Made by a program: the position numbers and the translations under genes. Source: a virus (lineage: Duplodnaviria > Caudoviricetes). Taken from it: a stretch of DNA of 27,123 nt. Shown one piece after another: positions 24,826-27,123 of this stretch. The stretch is taken from IMG/VR virus record IMGVR_UViG_3300037483_000586, positions 1 through 27,123 of that record. One strand, 5' to 3'. Each line of letters starts with the position of its first letter. Position 1 is the first letter of the stretch. A model generated the notes under the pieces. It was given only the letters and a program-made list of their open reading frames with translations, did no database searches and was not told where the DNA came from.

Positions 24826-25766
24826 GCGACGGAAGCAAGATCGAGTGGCTGCACGACGGCGTGAAGAAGGCGCTGACCTGGAACCCGACCACCGGCTGCA
24901 CCAAGGTGAGCGCCGGCTGCAAGCACTGCTACGCGAAGCGCGAGTGGGTACGCCTCTCGGCCAACCCGAGGTCGATCTACTACGGCCGCAAATTCGAGGA
25001 TGTCGCCATGCATCCCCAGCGACTGATGGTGCCGCTGCTGCTGACGAAGCCGCGCCGGATCTTCGTGGACAGCATGTCCGATCTGTTCCATGACGACGTG
25101 AAAGAATTGTTCATCGTGGCGGTGCTCGGCGTCGCCGCGATCTCCAGCCATCACACGTTCATCATCCTCTCGAAGCGCGCGGAGCGGATGCGATTGGTGC
25201 TCTCCTATCGGAATCAGGGAGCGCGTTCGTGGATGGTGAGCGCACTCTTGCATTACGGCCTCGTCGGCTACATCGACAAGCTGCCCGAGACGATCACCTG
25301 GCCGCTGCCGAACGTGCAGCTCGGCGTCAGCGTCGAGAGCCGCGAGCACCTGGATCGCGTCGACGCGCTGCGCGCGACGCCGGCCGCGGTGCGCGTGATC
25401 TCGGCCGAGCCGCTGCTCGAGGATCTCGGCGGGTTCAACCTGCAGGACATCCACCAGGTGTATGCCGGCGGCGAGACCGGGCCGAAGTCTCGGCCGTCGC
25501 ACCCGGACTGGTTCCGCTCGCTGCGCGACGAATGCTCGCGCCAGGGCGTGGCGTTCTTTTTCAAGCAGTGGGGCGACTGGTCTCCGGCCTATGCCTGGGC
25601 GCGTGCGGTGAATGTCGATCCGGCTACCGGAGCCGTCGACGATCCGAACTCGCGCATGGGCAAGAAGGGACTTCCGGTTCAGGGCGTCAACTCCATGTTC
25701 CGGGTCGGAAAGAAGAACGCCGGCCGTACGCTCGACGGCAAGCTGCACAACGAGCTGGTGGCCTGA
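24822..25766 (+). CDS. Phage Gp37/Gp68 family protein (DUF5131)
   Basis: SKIEW, TWNP.TGCTKVS.GC.HCYA, IFVDSMSDLFH, S.EPLLEDL, GGE.G...RP.HPDW.RSLRD.C, FFKQWG, AGR.LDG. Confidence 0.93.
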   Translation: MSDGSKIEWLHDGVKKALTWNPTTGCTKVSAGCKHCYAKREWVRLSANPRSIYYGRKFEDVAMHPQRLMVPLLLTKPRRIFVDSMSDLFHDDVKELFIVAVLGVAAISSHHTFIILSKRAERMRLVLSYRNQGARSWMVSALLHYGLVGYIDKLPETITWPLPNVQLGVSVESREHLDRVDALRATPAAVRVISAEPLLEDLGGFNLQDIHQVYAGGETGPKSRPSHPDWFRSLRDECSRQGVAFFFKQWGDWSPAYAWARAVNVDPATGAVDDPNSRMGKKGLPVQGVNSMFRVGKKNAGRTLDGKLHNELVA

Positions 25767-26032
25767 TGGACTGCGCGCACGTTCGCATGCCTGGCGGTGG
25801 CGTGGCGATCGTGTGCGGGCGCGGCATGCGCCGCGCGCGCCGCTGCCGGCATTGCGCGTGCGACGCGTCTTTCCTGTGCGACGGGAAGATCGAGGCGCTC
25901 GGCACGGTGAATACGTGCGACCGTCCGATCTGCTCAGCGCATGCCTTCGAGATCGCGCCGGAGAAGCACCTTTGCCCGGCGCACCTGGTCGCCTACATCG
26001 CCTGGCTGCAGCGCCAGTGCATCGCGTATTGA
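25766..26032 (+). CDS. Cys-rich putative Zn-finger protein, 88 aa
   Basis: TGATG-coupled; CxxC, LCD, TCD.PIC..HA, CPAH. Confidence 0.75.
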   Translation: MDCAHVRMPGGGVAIVCGRGMRRARRCRHCACDASFLCDGKIEALGTVNTCDRPICSAHAFEIAPEKHLCPAHLVAYIAWLQRQCIAY

Positions 26033-26045
26033 ACGGAGATCGAAC

Positions 26046-26513
26046 ATGAGCACGACGCACGCCGACAACCACCGCAACGCCGAGCTGGCGAAGATCCACA
26101 TCGCGGCCGAGCAGCTCGGCATGGACCCGGGCGACAAAGACCCGAAGAGCGAGTACCGGCAGATGCTCTACGCCGTCGCGCGCGTGCATTCGGCGCGCGA
26201 TCTCGACTACGCCGGCCGGCAGCGCGTCATCGAGCACCTGAAATCCTGCGGCTTCCAGGCGCGGCGCGGGCGCAAGCCCTTTCCAGGCCGGCCGCACAAC
26301 GCCGACCGGCACCCGCAGCTCCTGAAGATCGAGGCGCTGCTCGCCGACGCGAAGCGCCCCTGGGCCTACGTGGACAGCATGTGCGAGCGGATGTTCGGCA
26401 AGGATCGCGTGGCGTTCTGCGACCCGGCCGAGTGGCAGGCGCTGATCGCCGCGCTCGCGAAGGATCAGAAGCGCCGCAAGGAGAAGGCACGTCATGATGA
26501 ACCTCGGACCTGA
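26046..26513 (+). CDS. gemA: GemA (Mu gp16/DUF1018) regulatory protein
   Basis: LAKIHIA..QLGM, YR.ML, S.RDL, KIEALL....PW.Y; lies directly before mor. Confidence 0.9.
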   Translation: MSTTHADNHRNAELAKIHIAAEQLGMDPGDKDPKSEYRQMLYAVARVHSARDLDYAGRQRVIEHLKSCGFQARRGRKPFPGRPHNADRHPQLLKIEALLADAKRPWAYVDSMCERMFGKDRVAFCDPAEWQALIAALAKDQKRRKEKARHDEPRT

Positions 26514-26856
26514 ATATCCGGAGCTGCTCGCGGATCTCGCGCTGCTCACGCGCGAGTTCCTGATCGACCGGGCGCGCATGCCGGCCGACCAGGCCGAGCT
26601 GCTCGCGCGAGAGCTGGCCGAGCACGTGCGGCGCGACTGGGGAGGACAGATCATTTACGTGCCCTCCGGCCACGGGCATGATGTCGCGCAGCGCTGGCAG
26701 CAGATCTGGGCCGAGTTCAAGGGCGACAACCACGCGGACCTGGCGCGCAAGTTCGATTGCAACGTGACCCACATCTACCGGATCATCCGCCGCTTGCGCG
26801 AGATCGAGCGCCGCAAGACGCAGGGCTCGCTCTTTCCGGCCGCAGTGGCGAAATAG
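26494..26856 (+). CDS. mor: Mor/C family transcription activator
   Basis: YPELL.DL, WGGQ.IYVP, IW.EF.G.N...LARKF......IYRII. Confidence 0.93.
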   Translation: MMNLGPEYPELLADLALLTREFLIDRARMPADQAELLARELAEHVRRDWGGQIIYVPSGHGHDVAQRWQQIWAEFKGDNHADLARKFDCNVTHIYRIIRRLREIERRKTQGSLFPAAVAK

Positions 26857-26865
26857 CCTTCAGCT

Positions 26866-26908
26866 TTAGCCTGGGCCAATAGCCCGCGAGCGGCACGCCG
26901 CCGATGAT
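26866..26908 (+). promoter_or_regulatory. Putative Mor/C-activated late (lysis) promoter
   Basis: Dyad TTAGCC-TG-GGCCAA (26866-26879), a 23-nt spacer, then -10-like GATGAT (26903-26908). Confidence 0.7.
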
Positions 26909-26967
26909 GGCGTCATGCACCCGGCCAAGACGCTGGTAATCGCCGTTCATCGCACCGGAGATCTCCG

Positions 26968-27123
26968 GTGACCTCGTTCACGAAGCGCTTTCCCGAGCTG
27001 CGCATGCTCGAATGCATCGTGATCGCGCTGGTGACGCTGGCGATCATCGCCGTCACCTCGCCGCAGCAGCTCACCGTCGCGGTCTACAAGGTGCTGCTGG
27101 TGACGCTGTTCGCGCTGCTCGGC
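26968..27123 (+). CDS. Putative holin (partial, runs off the window)
   Basis: GGAG SD plus GTG; MTSFTKRFPELRMLECIVIALVTLAIIAVTSPQQLTVAVYKVLLVTLFALLG has two TM helices and a SPQQL...YK motif; first gene after mor. Confidence 0.78.
   Translation, partial: MTSFTKRFPELRMLECIVIALVTLAIIAVTSPQQLTVAVYKVLLVTLFALLG

Larger units (their letters stand above)
1..27123. mobile_element. Mu-like transposable phage/prophage with contractile tail (interior part; both ends outside window)
   Basis: DDE transposase, AAA+ MuB, GemA and Mor together with Mu-order head, sheath, tube and baseplate genes; no host genes recognised. Confidence 0.97.

Noticed and set aside
16723-26772. Long minus-strand and alternative-frame ORFs over the early operon (e.g. 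17558-19177, 24582-26654, 17785-19128)
   Set aside because: They overlap recognisable plus-strand genes that already tile the region with coupled starts and stops.
1-27123. Mu ends/att sites, tRNA/rRNA genes, invertase or mom gene
   Set aside because: None recognised; both window edges fall inside phage genes.

Overview
The whole window is the interior of a GC-rich Mu-like (transposable) phage or prophage with a contractile tail; neither genome end is visible. On the minus strand, 1-13335 is the late head/tail operon, running from protease/scaffold and capsid through sheath, tube, tape measure and baseplate. On the plus strand, 16611-27123 is the early operon (Ner-like, MuA, MuB, Gam-like, DUF1643, two HNH proteins, DUF5131, GemA, Mor), followed by a holin. 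The two arms point away from each other, unlike in Mu. Between them (13400-16600) is a regulatory and accessory hub. It holds the repressor, four GGTGCA-N6-TGCACC operators at two divergent promoters 1.1 kb apart, a helically phased GC/AT tract that may be a strong gyrase site, and a six-gene translationally coupled operon. That operon ends in an Aca1-like HTH gene directly upstream of the protease gene, which is the layout of anti-CRISPR loci in Pseudomonas Mu-like phages. It is the best candidate for an undescribed anti-defence system. Two matching Mor-type late promoters were also identified, each followed by a short upstream ORF. All family calls come from motif recognition and gene order, not from database searches.
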